Below, one piece after another: positions 17,200-25,837 of a stretch of DNA of 53,531 bases. A program made the translations under genes and the position numbers. Source of the stretch: a virus (taxonomy: Duplodnaviria > Caudoviricetes); IMG/VR virus record IMGVR_UViG_3300025141_000131, positions 1-53,531 of that record. One strand, given 5' to 3'. The notes beneath the pieces are model-generated. The model did not search any database. It saw nothing but the letters and a program-made list of their open reading frames with translations, and was not told where the DNA came from. Numbering within the stretch: the stretch's first letter is position 1; the number at the start of each line of letters is the position of its first letter.

Positions 17200-17285
17200 G
17201 TAAAAAACATTAAAACCAAGTGATTATAAAGACATACCCGGCTCGGGAAGAGCAATAACCAAATATTAACTTAAAACCAAAACCA

Positions 17286-17573
17286 ATGACGTTTTATTAT
17301 CAGACTAGAACGTGGAATAGTCAACCACAAATTTCACAAGAAACCAAAGACCTTTGGGAACATGTTTCTCAAAAAGCTAATTGGCGAATTGTGCAATTAC
17401 CAAACGGTTTTTATCAAACCGAACACCAAGATCCGAATGAAGATACTTGGCACGACGTTACGAGACGTGAAACTTTAGAAGGAGCTGAACAAGCTATTGA
17501 TTCTTCAGTTGAACATTATTCTAAGAAATTAGAATTTATAAACGGACCTAAAGTCGTGAAAACCTTTAAATAA
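17286..17573 (+). CDS. hypothetical protein upstream of groEL
   Basis: 95-aa ORF (WRIVQLPNGFYQTE; WHDVTRRET) with an A-rich leader. Confidence 0.75.
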   Translation: MTFYYQTRTWNSQPQISQETKDLWEHVSQKANWRIVQLPNGFYQTEHQDPNEDTWHDVTRRETLEGAEQAIDSSVEHYSKKLEFINGPKVVKTFK

Positions 17574-17595
17574 ATCAAATTAAATTCAATTAAAT

Positions 17596-19149
17596 ATGTC
17601 GAACGCGATAGTTAAAAACCTTAACTTTGGTGACAAAGCTAGGGAAGAAGTATTTAAAGGAATAACAAAACTCACAGATGCTGTTAGCTCCACTTTAGGA
17701 GCTAGCGGTAAATGTGTGATACTAGAAGATGGTGCGGGTAATCCTGTTATAACAAAAGACGGTGTTACTGTAGCTGATTCAGTTACTTTGTTAGATCCTG
17801 TAGAAAATATGGGTGCAACTCTTTTAAAAGAAGCTGCACGTAAAACAGTAAGAGAAGCTGGAGATGGTACAACAACTGCTACCATTTTAGCACACTCTAT
17901 ATTAGAAGAAGCATATAAAATTTCTAATAAAACAAACTCAAGAGAATTAAAAGACGGTATTAATTCTGCAGTTAATAAAGTTGTAAAATATTTAGAATCT
18001 ATAGCAAAACCTGTAGAAGGAGATATGATAGATCAAATAGCAACTATATCAACAAATAACGATCCTGTATTAGGGAAAATTATAGCAGATGCTTTTAGAG
18101 CTGTAGATTATACCGGAGTGGTAATGATGGAAACTTCACCTAACGGTCAAACAGAAGTTGAAATAGTAGATGGGGTTCAATATGATAAAGGACTTACAAA
18201 CTCACATTTCATTACTAATAAACAATCAAAAACAGCGGAATTAGAAAACCCATTAGTACTGTTAATTGAATCTCCAATAGATACAATTAGACAAATTCAA
18301 ACAGTGCTAGAGTATGTAATAAAAAACAATAAACCTTTGCTTATTATAGGCGATTTAGAACAAGGTGTTTTATCAGCTCTAGCTATGAATAAAATTAAGG
18401 GTAACATAAAGGTTAACGTTATTAATGCTCCAACATATGGTATTAATAAAAAACAAATCTTAGATGATTTATCTTTATTAACAGATGCTACTATAATAAA
18501 CGAAGATTTAGGTGATGACTTAGATTTAATTAGAGTAGAACATTTAGGTACGTGTTTAAAAAGCATAACCACACATGAAGATACTATTATACAAATAAAT
18601 GAATCTTCTGGTGAAATACAAGAGATTATTCAAGATATAAAAGATAAATTACTTCAAGAAAATCCTAGTCATGAAGTAATTAAGCTAGAAAAAAGACTAG
18701 CTATGTTAGCTGCTAGAATAGCAATAGTTAAAGTTGGTGCGAATTCAGACATTGAATTAAAAGAAAAACAAGATAGGGTTGAAGATGCTATCTGTGCCAC
18801 TAAAGCAGCTATTAAAGAAGGTATTGTTCCAGGTGGTGGAATAGCATTGCTTAACGCCGCGATGAATACAAAAGAAAAAAATGAAGGAGAAAAAGTTTTA
18901 ACAAAAGCTGTATTATCACCCTTTAAAACAATATTATTAAATGCTGGTTTAGAACCTGAACTTCCGAAAAAAGAAGGTTACGGCATTAATGTGGTTACGG
19001 GAAATATGGTAAATATGATTGATAATGGTATTATAGATCCATTATTAGTTACAAAAAGCGCATTACAAAATGCAGCTTCAGTAGCAACTACTATTTTATC
19101 TACAGATTGTGTAATTAATAATATAAGAATTAATGAAAGCAATAGGTAG
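17596..19149 (+). CDS. groEL: phage-encoded chaperonin GroEL
   Basis: ITKDGVTVA, GDGTTT, DRVEDA, GIVPGGG, GIIDP motifs; no GGM tail. Confidence 0.97.
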   Translation: MSNAIVKNLNFGDKAREEVFKGITKLTDAVSSTLGASGKCVILEDGAGNPVITKDGVTVADSVTLLDPVENMGATLLKEAARKTVREAGDGTTTATILAHSILEEAYKISNKTNSRELKDGINSAVNKVVKYLESIAKPVEGDMIDQIATISTNNDPVLGKIIADAFRAVDYTGVVMMETSPNGQTEVEIVDGVQYDKGLTNSHFITNKQSKTAELENPLVLLIESPIDTIRQIQTVLEYVIKNNKPLLIIGDLEQGVLSALAMNKIKGNIKVNVINAPTYGINKKQILDDLSLLTDATIINEDLGDDLDLIRVEHLGTCLKSITTHEDTIIQINESSGEIQEIIQDIKDKLLQENPSHEVIKLEKRLAMLAARIAIVKVGANSDIELKEKQDRVEDAICATKAAIKEGIVPGGGIALLNAAMNTKEKNEGEKVLTKAVLSPFKTILLNAGLEPELPKKEGYGINVVTGNMVNMIDNGIIDPLLVTKSALQNAASVATTILSTDCVINNIRINESNR

Positions 19150-19393
19150 AAATTTAATAATAGAAAAAGTAAAAGAAGGAACCACTAAAACAGAAGGTGG
19201 TTTACTTTTAGCAGAGAACCAAAGAGAAGATATTAGATATATTGAAGCTAATGTAATATCTGTTGGTCCTGAAGTAGTAGGTGTTAAAACAAATGATAGA
19301 ATATTCTTTGATAAACATGCTGGACATAAGATTGAAATAGAAAAGAAATCTTATCATATAATTAAGGCCCAAGATATTGTAGTAGTATTATGA
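19133..19393 (+). CDS. groES: co-chaperonin GroES
   Basis: TKTEGGLLL mobile loop and VISVG motif; overlaps the groEL stop. Confidence 0.9.
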   Translation: MKAIGRNLIIEKVKEGTTKTEGGLLLAENQREDIRYIEANVISVGPEVVGVKTNDRIFFDKHAGHKIEIEKKSYHIIKAQDIVVVL

Positions 19394-19833
19394 AATTAAA
19401 AGCTACTGATATTAAAGAGTTAAAACTAATGAAACATTATAGAATCATTAGAAAATGGGCATGTAAAAATAATGATTTAACAGATGCCGAATTAGAATTA
19501 TTAGTCTACTTAGATTGTATAGATTTATTTACTAAGAAAGATTTTGAAGCAGGAGTATATACTTTTAGTTGGAACAATAGAAGATGGAGTAAGTTATTAA
19601 AAAATGATTGGATAAAAGTTTGGAGACACAGAAATAGAACTACTCAAAAATATAATATTTATACTTTATCTTTCAAAGGTAAACAATTAATAAGTAGAAT
19701 GTATAGAATCATGTTAGGATATGATGATATACCTACAAGTGAAAGAAGAAACAAACTAATTGCTGGGAATTCATATACAGATAAAGTAATGACTAAAGCA
19801 ATTTATAACATTAATAAAGATAAAACAAGATGA
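19390..19833 (+). CDS. putative winged-helix DNA-binding protein
   Basis: DLTDAELELLVYL...KLLKNDWI...YTLSFKGKQL is MarR-like; basic. Confidence 0.55.
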   Translation: MKLKATDIKELKLMKHYRIIRKWACKNNDLTDAELELLVYLDCIDLFTKKDFEAGVYTFSWNNRRWSKLLKNDWIKVWRHRNRTTQKYNIYTLSFKGKQLISRMYRIMLGYDDIPTSERRNKLIAGNSYTDKVMTKAIYNINKDKTR

Positions 19834-20348
19834 AAAATAAAAAATCACCATTAAAATTCGCAGGATTAATGGGTTCAGGAATGGCCACTGCTGGAACCGC
19901 CGGTATTCTATCAGGTCTAGGAGGTCTTTTAAGAGGCAATCCAGGTAATACTAATTTTACTGGTGTAGGAGGTCTCGCTGGAGGTAACCCTAGTATTGGA
20001 TCCCGCCCTAGTGCGTCGACTGCTACTGACGCAAGTGCAGCCGCAACTCCAGGTAGTATAGATGCTATGGAAGGTCTATTTGGACAATTTAGTGGTAGAC
20101 AAGCTAGCTTAGGTGCTGCTGGTATTTATGCACTAAAAGAAAATTTCCCTGAAGAAGATTATGGTGAAGAATCTGCTCTAAATTTTAATCTTAAAAAAGA
20201 AGAAAGAAAAGCTAAAAGAGCAGCAAGAAAAGCAGCTAGAAAAGCAAAACGTCAAGAACTTAGAGCTTATAAATCACCTAATCCACCATATGATCCAACA
20301 TCAGGAGATGATGGCGCAGGTGGAAGAGAATATGATATTAATAAATAA
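19830..20348 (+). CDS. low-complexity protein (SP motif)
   Basis: Gly/Ala-rich; KKSPLKF; basic KR tract. Confidence 0.6.
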   Translation: MKNKKSPLKFAGLMGSGMATAGTAGILSGLGGLLRGNPGNTNFTGVGGLAGGNPSIGSRPSASTATDASAAATPGSIDAMEGLFGQFSGRQASLGAAGIYALKENFPEEDYGEESALNFNLKKEERKAKRAARKAARKAKRQELRAYKSPNPPYDPTSGDDGAGGREYDINK

Positions 20349-20359
20349 AACTAATAATT

Positions 20360-20581
20360 ATGCATAATAACAAATACGATCCATCAATGGAAAGATTAAA
20401 ACCAGGTAAAAAGGTTGGTATAGTAGGAGAATCTCATATATGGGACGGTCCTCTAGATCAAGAAGGTAGACCACACGGAAGTGGATCTAGTTCTGGTATA
20501 ACAGGAATGAAGATACTGCAAGCACCATTATCTTACAAAGGAATGCCTATAACTGAATGTGCTAAAGTATATAATAAATAA
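20360..20581 (+). CDS. hypothetical protein
   Basis: 73-aa ORF (GIVGESHIWDGP). Confidence 0.65.
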   Translation: MHNNKYDPSMERLKPGKKVGIVGESHIWDGPLDQEGRPHGSGSSSGITGMKILQAPLSYKGMPITECAKVYNK

Positions 20582-20584
20582 ATC

Positions 20585-20803
20585 ATGGGATACGCACAAT
20601 ATAATAGTCCTTTCATGCAAAAGGATTTTCCAGAAATAAAACCTGAAAATAAAGGAAAATTCACAGCGTGGGCAAAGAAAAATGGTTTTAAAGATGCTTG
20701 TTCTGCTGCAGACGCAGTGATGAGTAAAAAAGATAATTATAGCGAAGAAGTAGTAAAAATGGCTAATTATGCTAAAAACTTCGGCTGTTCTACTAAAAAA
20801 TAA
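20585..20803 (+). CDS. small basic virion-type protein
   Basis: IKPENKGKFTAWAKK...ANYAKN motif; NSPF. Confidence 0.7.
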   Translation: MGYAQYNSPFMQKDFPEIKPENKGKFTAWAKKNGFKDACSAADAVMSKKDNYSEEVVKMANYAKNFGCSTKK

Positions 20804-20806
20804 ATA

Positions 20807-21691
20807 ATGCAAAACTCACCATTTAATAAAAGATTTATGGGTAAAAGCCCATTACGTTCTCATGAAAAAGCTTTAAAAGCTAAAGATGCAGAAATATCAA
20901 GAGCTCAGCAATATGATCCTAATACAGGAGAGAAAGATTATGACCATTTAGCAGATTTACAAAGACAGAGAAAAGATATAGTAGCTTCTCACAAAGAACC
21001 TAATGATCCTAAACATCCTGATAATGAATCACCTCTTGAAATGAAATCTTCACCGTTACATGGTTACGAAGATGCAAGTGATTATAATTATAATTACCAA
21101 CCTACAGCGCATATGTGGACTAAAGTTTTTGATGCAATGGGTGATTTTGGAAAAATGTTAGTAGAAAAAAGAAGTGATCCAGAATGGAAAGCTAAACATC
21201 AAGATAAGAGAGCAGATAGAATTGAAAAAAGATTAGATAAAAAAACAAAAAAAGGTAAAGAAGGATATAAAGAGGCAGAGATTACAACTAAACCTGGTGT
21301 AGGTTTAGTACCAAATATTACTGTTGATCGTGGGGAGAAAGGAAATAAAAAAATGAGTAAAGTTCAAGACCTTAGAAAAAGAGCTGAAGCAAATAGGGTA
21401 TTAGCTGAAGAAAATAAACTTAAAGAAAGTAACGATAAGTTATTAAACGCATATAAATCAGGTGATTTAACACTTGCTCAATATAATGCATTAACTCAAA
21501 GTAATACTTCAACTAATGTTGTAGATAACTCTTCAAAAAAAAATCAAGATAGCGGATTAACTTTTAATGATGATGGTTTTTCAAATGAACTTGAGTTTGA
21601 AGATGGTTCAAAAAGAAAAATTAAAAAATGTAGTAAAGATCATTTTGATCAAGATAAAGAGGGTTTTAAAGCTTTGGGTTGTAAAGAATGA
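20807..21691 (+). CDS. charged hypothetical protein (multiple SP motifs)
   Basis: 294-aa ORF; SPF and SPL x3. Confidence 0.7.
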   Translation: MQNSPFNKRFMGKSPLRSHEKALKAKDAEISRAQQYDPNTGEKDYDHLADLQRQRKDIVASHKEPNDPKHPDNESPLEMKSSPLHGYEDASDYNYNYQPTAHMWTKVFDAMGDFGKMLVEKRSDPEWKAKHQDKRADRIEKRLDKKTKKGKEGYKEAEITTKPGVGLVPNITVDRGEKGNKKMSKVQDLRKRAEANRVLAEENKLKESNDKLLNAYKSGDLTLAQYNALTQSNTSTNVVDNSSKKNQDSGLTFNDDGFSNELEFEDGSKRKIKKCSKDHFDQDKEGFKALGCKE

Positions 21692-21707
21692 TAAATAAAT
21701 AAATAAA

Positions 21708-22112
21708 ATGGGACATAAAGGACATTACGGGGAATATAGTGGTAACGCAAAATGGTCAAAAGATCATGCCCACACAAAAGTTACTAAAGAAAATTACAAA
21801 GCATCTGAAAGAGATGATGCTGCACATATCGATTATCTTAAAAGAGATGTTGATTATGATAATAAACATGGTCATAGTGATGAAAACATGACTGCTGATG
21901 AAAAACATATATCTAAATTAGCAGGAGATATGAAGTATGATAAAGAACATCATGGTTCACCAGCTCACCAAGAAAAAACTATGAGTAAGAAACTTACTAA
22001 AAAAATTGCTTGTGCACCAGGGTTTTATAAAAATTCTGAAGGAAAGTGTGTTCCAAGAAGAGAAGATCCAGGATCTAAGCAAAGAGAAATAAATAAAAAA
22101 TTATATAATTAA
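21708..22112 (+). CDS. His/Asp-rich hypothetical protein
   Basis: 134-aa ORF; C-terminal CAPGFYKNSEGKCVP. Confidence 0.65.
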   Translation: MGHKGHYGEYSGNAKWSKDHAHTKVTKENYKASERDDAAHIDYLKRDVDYDNKHGHSDENMTADEKHISKLAGDMKYDKEHHGSPAHQEKTMSKKLTKKIACAPGFYKNSEGKCVPRREDPGSKQREINKKLYN

Positions 22113-22133
22113 TAACAAATAAATAACTAAAAC

Positions 22134-22364
22134 ATGGAATCAAACAAACAAGAAAAGTATGATTTACTTCATGATAACCCAGTAGCAAAAGATGCTAGTG
22201 GAGGAAGAGGTGGATCATGGATGTCTAAACACGCTGCTCAATCAAGAATGAGTGGAGGATCTCCTTTAAATAAAGTAAAACCTGAAGCTAAACCTAAAGA
22301 AAGTGAATGGAGTGAAGGAACTTTTGATCCTTACGGAGATACAAATCCTTTTGATACAAAATAA
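22134..22364 (+). CDS. hypothetical protein (SP motif)
   Basis: 76-aa ORF. Confidence 0.6.
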   Translation: MESNKQEKYDLLHDNPVAKDASGGRGGSWMSKHAAQSRMSGGSPLNKVKPEAKPKESEWSEGTFDPYGDTNPFDTK

Positions 22365-22389
22365 CAGTACGAGAACTGTTTAAAACTCG
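22363..22389 (+). promoter_or_regulatory. putative H-type RNA pseudoknot in a 5' leader
   Basis: S1 AACAGT/ACTGTT, S2 CGAG/CTCG, L3 TAAAA. Confidence 0.5.
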
Positions 22390-22428
22390 AGTCAAACAAT
22401 AACAATAACAATAAAAAAACCAAACAAA

Positions 22429-22926
22429 ATGGCAAGATTTATTAAATTTAACATTCTTAATTCTGGTGCAGGCTTAACTGCTGCTTCAGGAGCAAGATAT
22501 GTAAACGTAGACGACATTGAGAGCGTAACTGACGTGATTGGTGGTGGTTCTGGATATGCAGTTCAAATTGTCCTTAAAGGATATACTGGAGCTGGTATAC
22601 AGTCTGCTAACAACGTAAATTATGGTGCAGATTCGGCACAAGGTATCCTTGCGGTTACTTCTGAAATGAGTGCTAGAGTAATTACTCTATTAGTACAAAC
22701 TTCATCAACTATTGCTGCAGGAGCTAATACTGCTGATCCAACTACAATTACTGTAGCAAGCAATATGCCTAGTGAGGCTGTAAGAAGAGCTATGTCTGCT
22801 AATCCAGGTGGAGTTGTTGCTTCAGCTCAATTAGGTAGAGATGGCGCAGGAACAGTTGCTCAAAATCAGATGTACTGGAATTCATTTGCAATAGCAAATA
22901 CTTCTCCAGCACCAGCTGCTTCTTAA
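22429..22926 (+). CDS. putative virion protein
   Basis: 165-aa Ala/Gly/Thr-rich ORF. Confidence 0.65.
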   Translation: MARFIKFNILNSGAGLTAASGARYVNVDDIESVTDVIGGGSGYAVQIVLKGYTGAGIQSANNVNYGADSAQGILAVTSEMSARVITLLVQTSSTIAAGANTADPTTITVASNMPSEAVRRAMSANPGGVVASAQLGRDGAGTVAQNQMYWNSFAIANTSPAPAAS

Positions 22927-22940
22927 TTAAGTAATCAATT

Positions 22941-23096
22941 ATGAAACCAAGAGGACTTGGTGATAGAATTGAAAATATTACAAAAGCAACGGGCATCAAA
23001 AAAGTTGTTGATACTATATCAACAGCAACTGGTGTCCCTTGCGGATGTAATAAAAGAAAAACTATCCTAAACAAAATGTTTCCTTCAAAAAAATAA
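22941..23096 (+). CDS. small phage protein (GLGD...CGC..RK..LN), 51 aa
   Basis: Manual translation MKPRGLGDRIENITKATGIKKVVDTISTATGVPCGCNKRKTILNKMFPSKK; missed by the ORF track. Confidence 0.75.
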   Translation: MKPRGLGDRIENITKATGIKKVVDTISTATGVPCGCNKRKTILNKMFPSKK

Positions 23097-23097
23097 T

Positions 23098-23406
23098 ATG
23101 GCTTTTAAATTAGATAATCCACCGTATTCTGCGGATAATGTACCTGTTTACCATGTTGATATGGAAGACGGAGTGGCGGGTAAAGCCAATAATAATGGGA
23201 CTATTGTTATAAATAAAGACATGGACCCAAATCAAATAGATGATATTATAGAGCACGAAAAGATTCATATAGAACAAATGAAACGAGGAGATTTAGATTA
23301 TGATAACGAAAACGTATATTGGAAAGGTAAAACTTACCCAAGATCTAAAATGAAAGAAGGTGCTAAAAACCTTCCGTGGGAAGCGGAAGCTTACAATAGA
23401 ACATAA
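23098..23406 (+). CDS. small zincin-like metallopeptidase
   Basis: HEKIH (HExxH) plus downstream PWEAEAY. Confidence 0.75.
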   Translation: MAFKLDNPPYSADNVPVYHVDMEDGVAGKANNNGTIVINKDMDPNQIDDIIEHEKIHIEQMKRGDLDYDNENVYWKGKTYPRSKMKEGAKNLPWEAEAYNRT

Positions 23407-23864
23407 TGAGTAAAAAGAAATTTAGAGAAACAACCGTTGGCCAACTATTATTTGGCGCTGCTTCAATTATAAACCCTACTTTGGGTAATATACTATCAGG
23501 TGTTAGTTCACCAAAAGAAGCATTAGCAGAAATAACAAAGTCAGATGTGAGTGCAACTGACAAAATAAAATTACAACAAATAATATACGACCAACAAAAT
23601 AAAGAACTAGAAGCTATTACTTCAAGATGGGAGGCAGATTCCATGTCAGATTCTTGGATGAGTAAAAATGTACGCCCACTAGTATTAGTATGGTGTATAG
23701 TTATATTTTCATTAGCTGGAATTTTAGATAGTGTAGAAAGTATACCATTTCATATAAATAATATATGGAATGATACTTTTGAAAAGGTTATGATGGCTGT
23801 CGTTTTAGCCTATTTTGGTGGACGCACGACTGAAAAGGCAACTAGTATTTATAAACAAAAATAA
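23406..23864 (+). CDS. putative holin (GTA 3TM-holin-like)
   Basis: RWEAD..SDSW.SKNVRP, two C-terminal TM helices, AYFGGRTTEK. Confidence 0.7.
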   Translation: MSKKKFRETTVGQLLFGAASIINPTLGNILSGVSSPKEALAEITKSDVSATDKIKLQQIIYDQQNKELEAITSRWEADSMSDSWMSKNVRPLVLVWCIVIFSLAGILDSVESIPFHINNIWNDTFEKVMMAVVLAYFGGRTTEKATSIYKQK

Positions 23865-23889
23865 TAATTAACAATAAAAACAAATTAAA

Positions 23890-24450
23890 ATGGGATATTT
23901 TGGAAAAGCTTTAGCAATTTCTGCTTCCGACACAATTAATGGACTTCCAGCATGGGAATTTATGAATCAGACTGGAACATTAGGAACATATTTAGCGGGT
24001 TCAGTTATTTATGCTGGAGGAGCAGGAGATGTTAATATAATTCCTGCAGGAACAGTGGGTGAACAAAGTGGTGTTGCATCAACTGGTGCTTTAACAATTA
24101 CTACTGGTGGTACTGGCTATACAACTGCTACAGATACTGCAACAACAACTACTGGCGATGGTTCAGGATTAAAAGTTAGCTACACAGCAGCTGCAGGAGC
24201 TGTAACTGTTATTAGTGCTATTACTGCTACTGGAACTGGATATACAGTAGGAGATGTAGTTACAATAACTGGTGGTGGAACTAATGCTACATTAACAATA
24301 ACAGCGGTCAGAGATTATCTACCGGTAGCAGCTGATGGTGTTGAATTCAGTGGATTATCTGCTGGAGATATAATACCAGTAAGAGCAGATTATGTACTAA
24401 GTACTAATACTAGCGCTACACTATTAGTAGCAATGAGAAACGAAACGTAA
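23890..24450 (+). CDS. virion structural protein
   Basis: GTGYT...GDVVTITGG module inserted in a beta-rich protein. Confidence 0.65.
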   Translation: MGYFGKALAISASDTINGLPAWEFMNQTGTLGTYLAGSVIYAGGAGDVNIIPAGTVGEQSGVASTGALTITTGGTGYTTATDTATTTTGDGSGLKVSYTAAAGAVTVISAITATGTGYTVGDVVTITGGGTNATLTITAVRDYLPVAADGVEFSGLSAGDIIPVRADYVLSTNTSATLLVAMRNET

Positions 24451-24507
24451 ATTAATTTTTTACGTGTAATTATATAAATAGAATATTAATTAAATCAAAT
24501 CAAAATT

Positions 24508-24795
24508 ATGGCAAAAGAAAAAGCAACAAAAGTAAATAAAATCACTGATGAACAATTATCAAGTGTAAATGACACCCAAGCTAAAATTAACGATGCAATA
24601 TATCGTTTAGGAATGCTTGAAATTCAAAAAGAAGGAGTAAAACGTGGGTTTGAAGATCTTTCAAAAGAAATGGAAGATATAAAGAGATCTTTAGAAGAAG
24701 AATATGGTGCTGTTAATATAGACTTAAAAACAGGTAGCTATACTCCAATAGAAAAAGAAGAAGAAGAAGTAGAGGATAAAGAAGGTGACAAATAA
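24508..24795 (+). CDS. coiled-coil hypothetical protein
   Basis: LEEEYGAVNIDLKTG motif. Confidence 0.7.
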   Translation: MAKEKATKVNKITDEQLSSVNDTQAKINDAIYRLGMLEIQKEGVKRGFEDLSKEMEDIKRSLEEEYGAVNIDLKTGSYTPIEKEEEEVEDKEGDK

Positions 24796-25012
24796 TATTA
24801 GAAAAATCAGTATTGGATCTGATTATAAAAATGACGCCATGCATTATGCTTTAGGGCAACAAGTGTATGGCGGTCATACAATTTCTCATATTCTATTTGA
24901 AGATACTGATAATTCTTATAATATTTATATTAAAAAAAACAACGAAGTATTACCTTGGAAGAAGTTTAATTCTCACATGGCTATATCAGTTGAATATGAT
25001 TTAGAATATTAA
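24785..25012 (+). CDS. hypothetical protein
   Basis: IRKISIGSDYKNDAMHY; GTG start. Confidence 0.7.
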   Translation: MTNNIRKISIGSDYKNDAMHYALGQQVYGGHTISHILFEDTDNSYNIYIKKNNEVLPWKKFNSHMAISVEYDLEY

Positions 25013-25617
25013 TGAAAAGTTTATATGATTTTATTATAGAACCTTTGGGTGATAAATATAGTAATACAATAAAAATCGGAGACAAAGATGTTGTTGTGAA
25101 TACTAAAATTGAAAACTGGAAATTTGTTAATAGACTAGCAACAGTGGTACAAATACCTAAAGCTTTTAAAACTAAAATAAAAGAAGGTGATATTATAGTT
25201 GTACATCAAAATGTTTTTAGAACTTTTTATGATATGCGAGGAGAAAAGAAAAAAAGTAGATCGTGGTTTAAAAATGATTTATATTTTTGTTCTTTAGATC
25301 AAGTATATTTATATAAAAATTCTACTGGTTGGCATACTTTTGGTGATAGATGTTTTATTCAACCAATAAAAGATACTAATTCTCTAACATTAGATAAAGA
25401 ACGTTCCCTAATAGGTATATTAAAATATGGTAATAGTTCTTTAGAAGCGCTAGAAATCAACGAGGGAGACTTAGTTGGTTATACTCCTAACGGAGAATGG
25501 GAATTTTTAGTAGATAAAGAGCGCTTATATTGTATGAAATCAAATGATATTGTTATAAAATATGAACACCAAGGAAACGAAGAAAAATATAATCCAAGCT
25601 GGGCGTGTAGCAGTTAA
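25012..25617 (+). CDS. GroES-like tandem-domain protein
   Basis: Two repeats of F(I)..P....G/V....I.EGD.V pattern ending Y.MKSNDI, cpn10-like. Confidence 0.55.
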   Translation: MKSLYDFIIEPLGDKYSNTIKIGDKDVVVNTKIENWKFVNRLATVVQIPKAFKTKIKEGDIIVVHQNVFRTFYDMRGEKKKSRSWFKNDLYFCSLDQVYLYKNSTGWHTFGDRCFIQPIKDTNSLTLDKERSLIGILKYGNSSLEALEINEGDLVGYTPNGEWEFLVDKERLYCMKSNDIVIKYEHQGNEEKYNPSWACSS

Positions 25618-25837
25618 AGAATTAATTAAAGTTGCTAAAGAACCCATTATAGATTTTGGACCCGATATTTCCGCAGATAGATTAAAGAACGCTGCAGCTA
25701 CTAAAAAGTTAGCCATCTTTGATGCTTTTGAAATTCTAAATAGAATTGAAGAAGAAAAGAATATGTTAGAAGATAAACCTAAAGAAGAAAAGAAAGAAAA
25801 AACTTTTAAAGGTTTTGCAGAAGGGAGGTCTAAATAA
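25562..25837 (+). CDS. putative terminase small subunit
   Basis: Helical 91-aa ORF coupled (TAATG) to terL; positional inference. Confidence 0.5.
   Translation: MNTKETKKNIIQAGRVAVKELIKVAKEPIIDFGPDISADRLKNAAATKKLAIFDAFEILNRIEEEKNMLEDKPKEEKKEKTFKGFAEGRSK

Noticed and set aside
22362-22430. Stop-codon readthrough stimulated by the pseudoknot
   Set aside because: The stop overlaps stem 1 and readthrough is out of frame with ORF 22429
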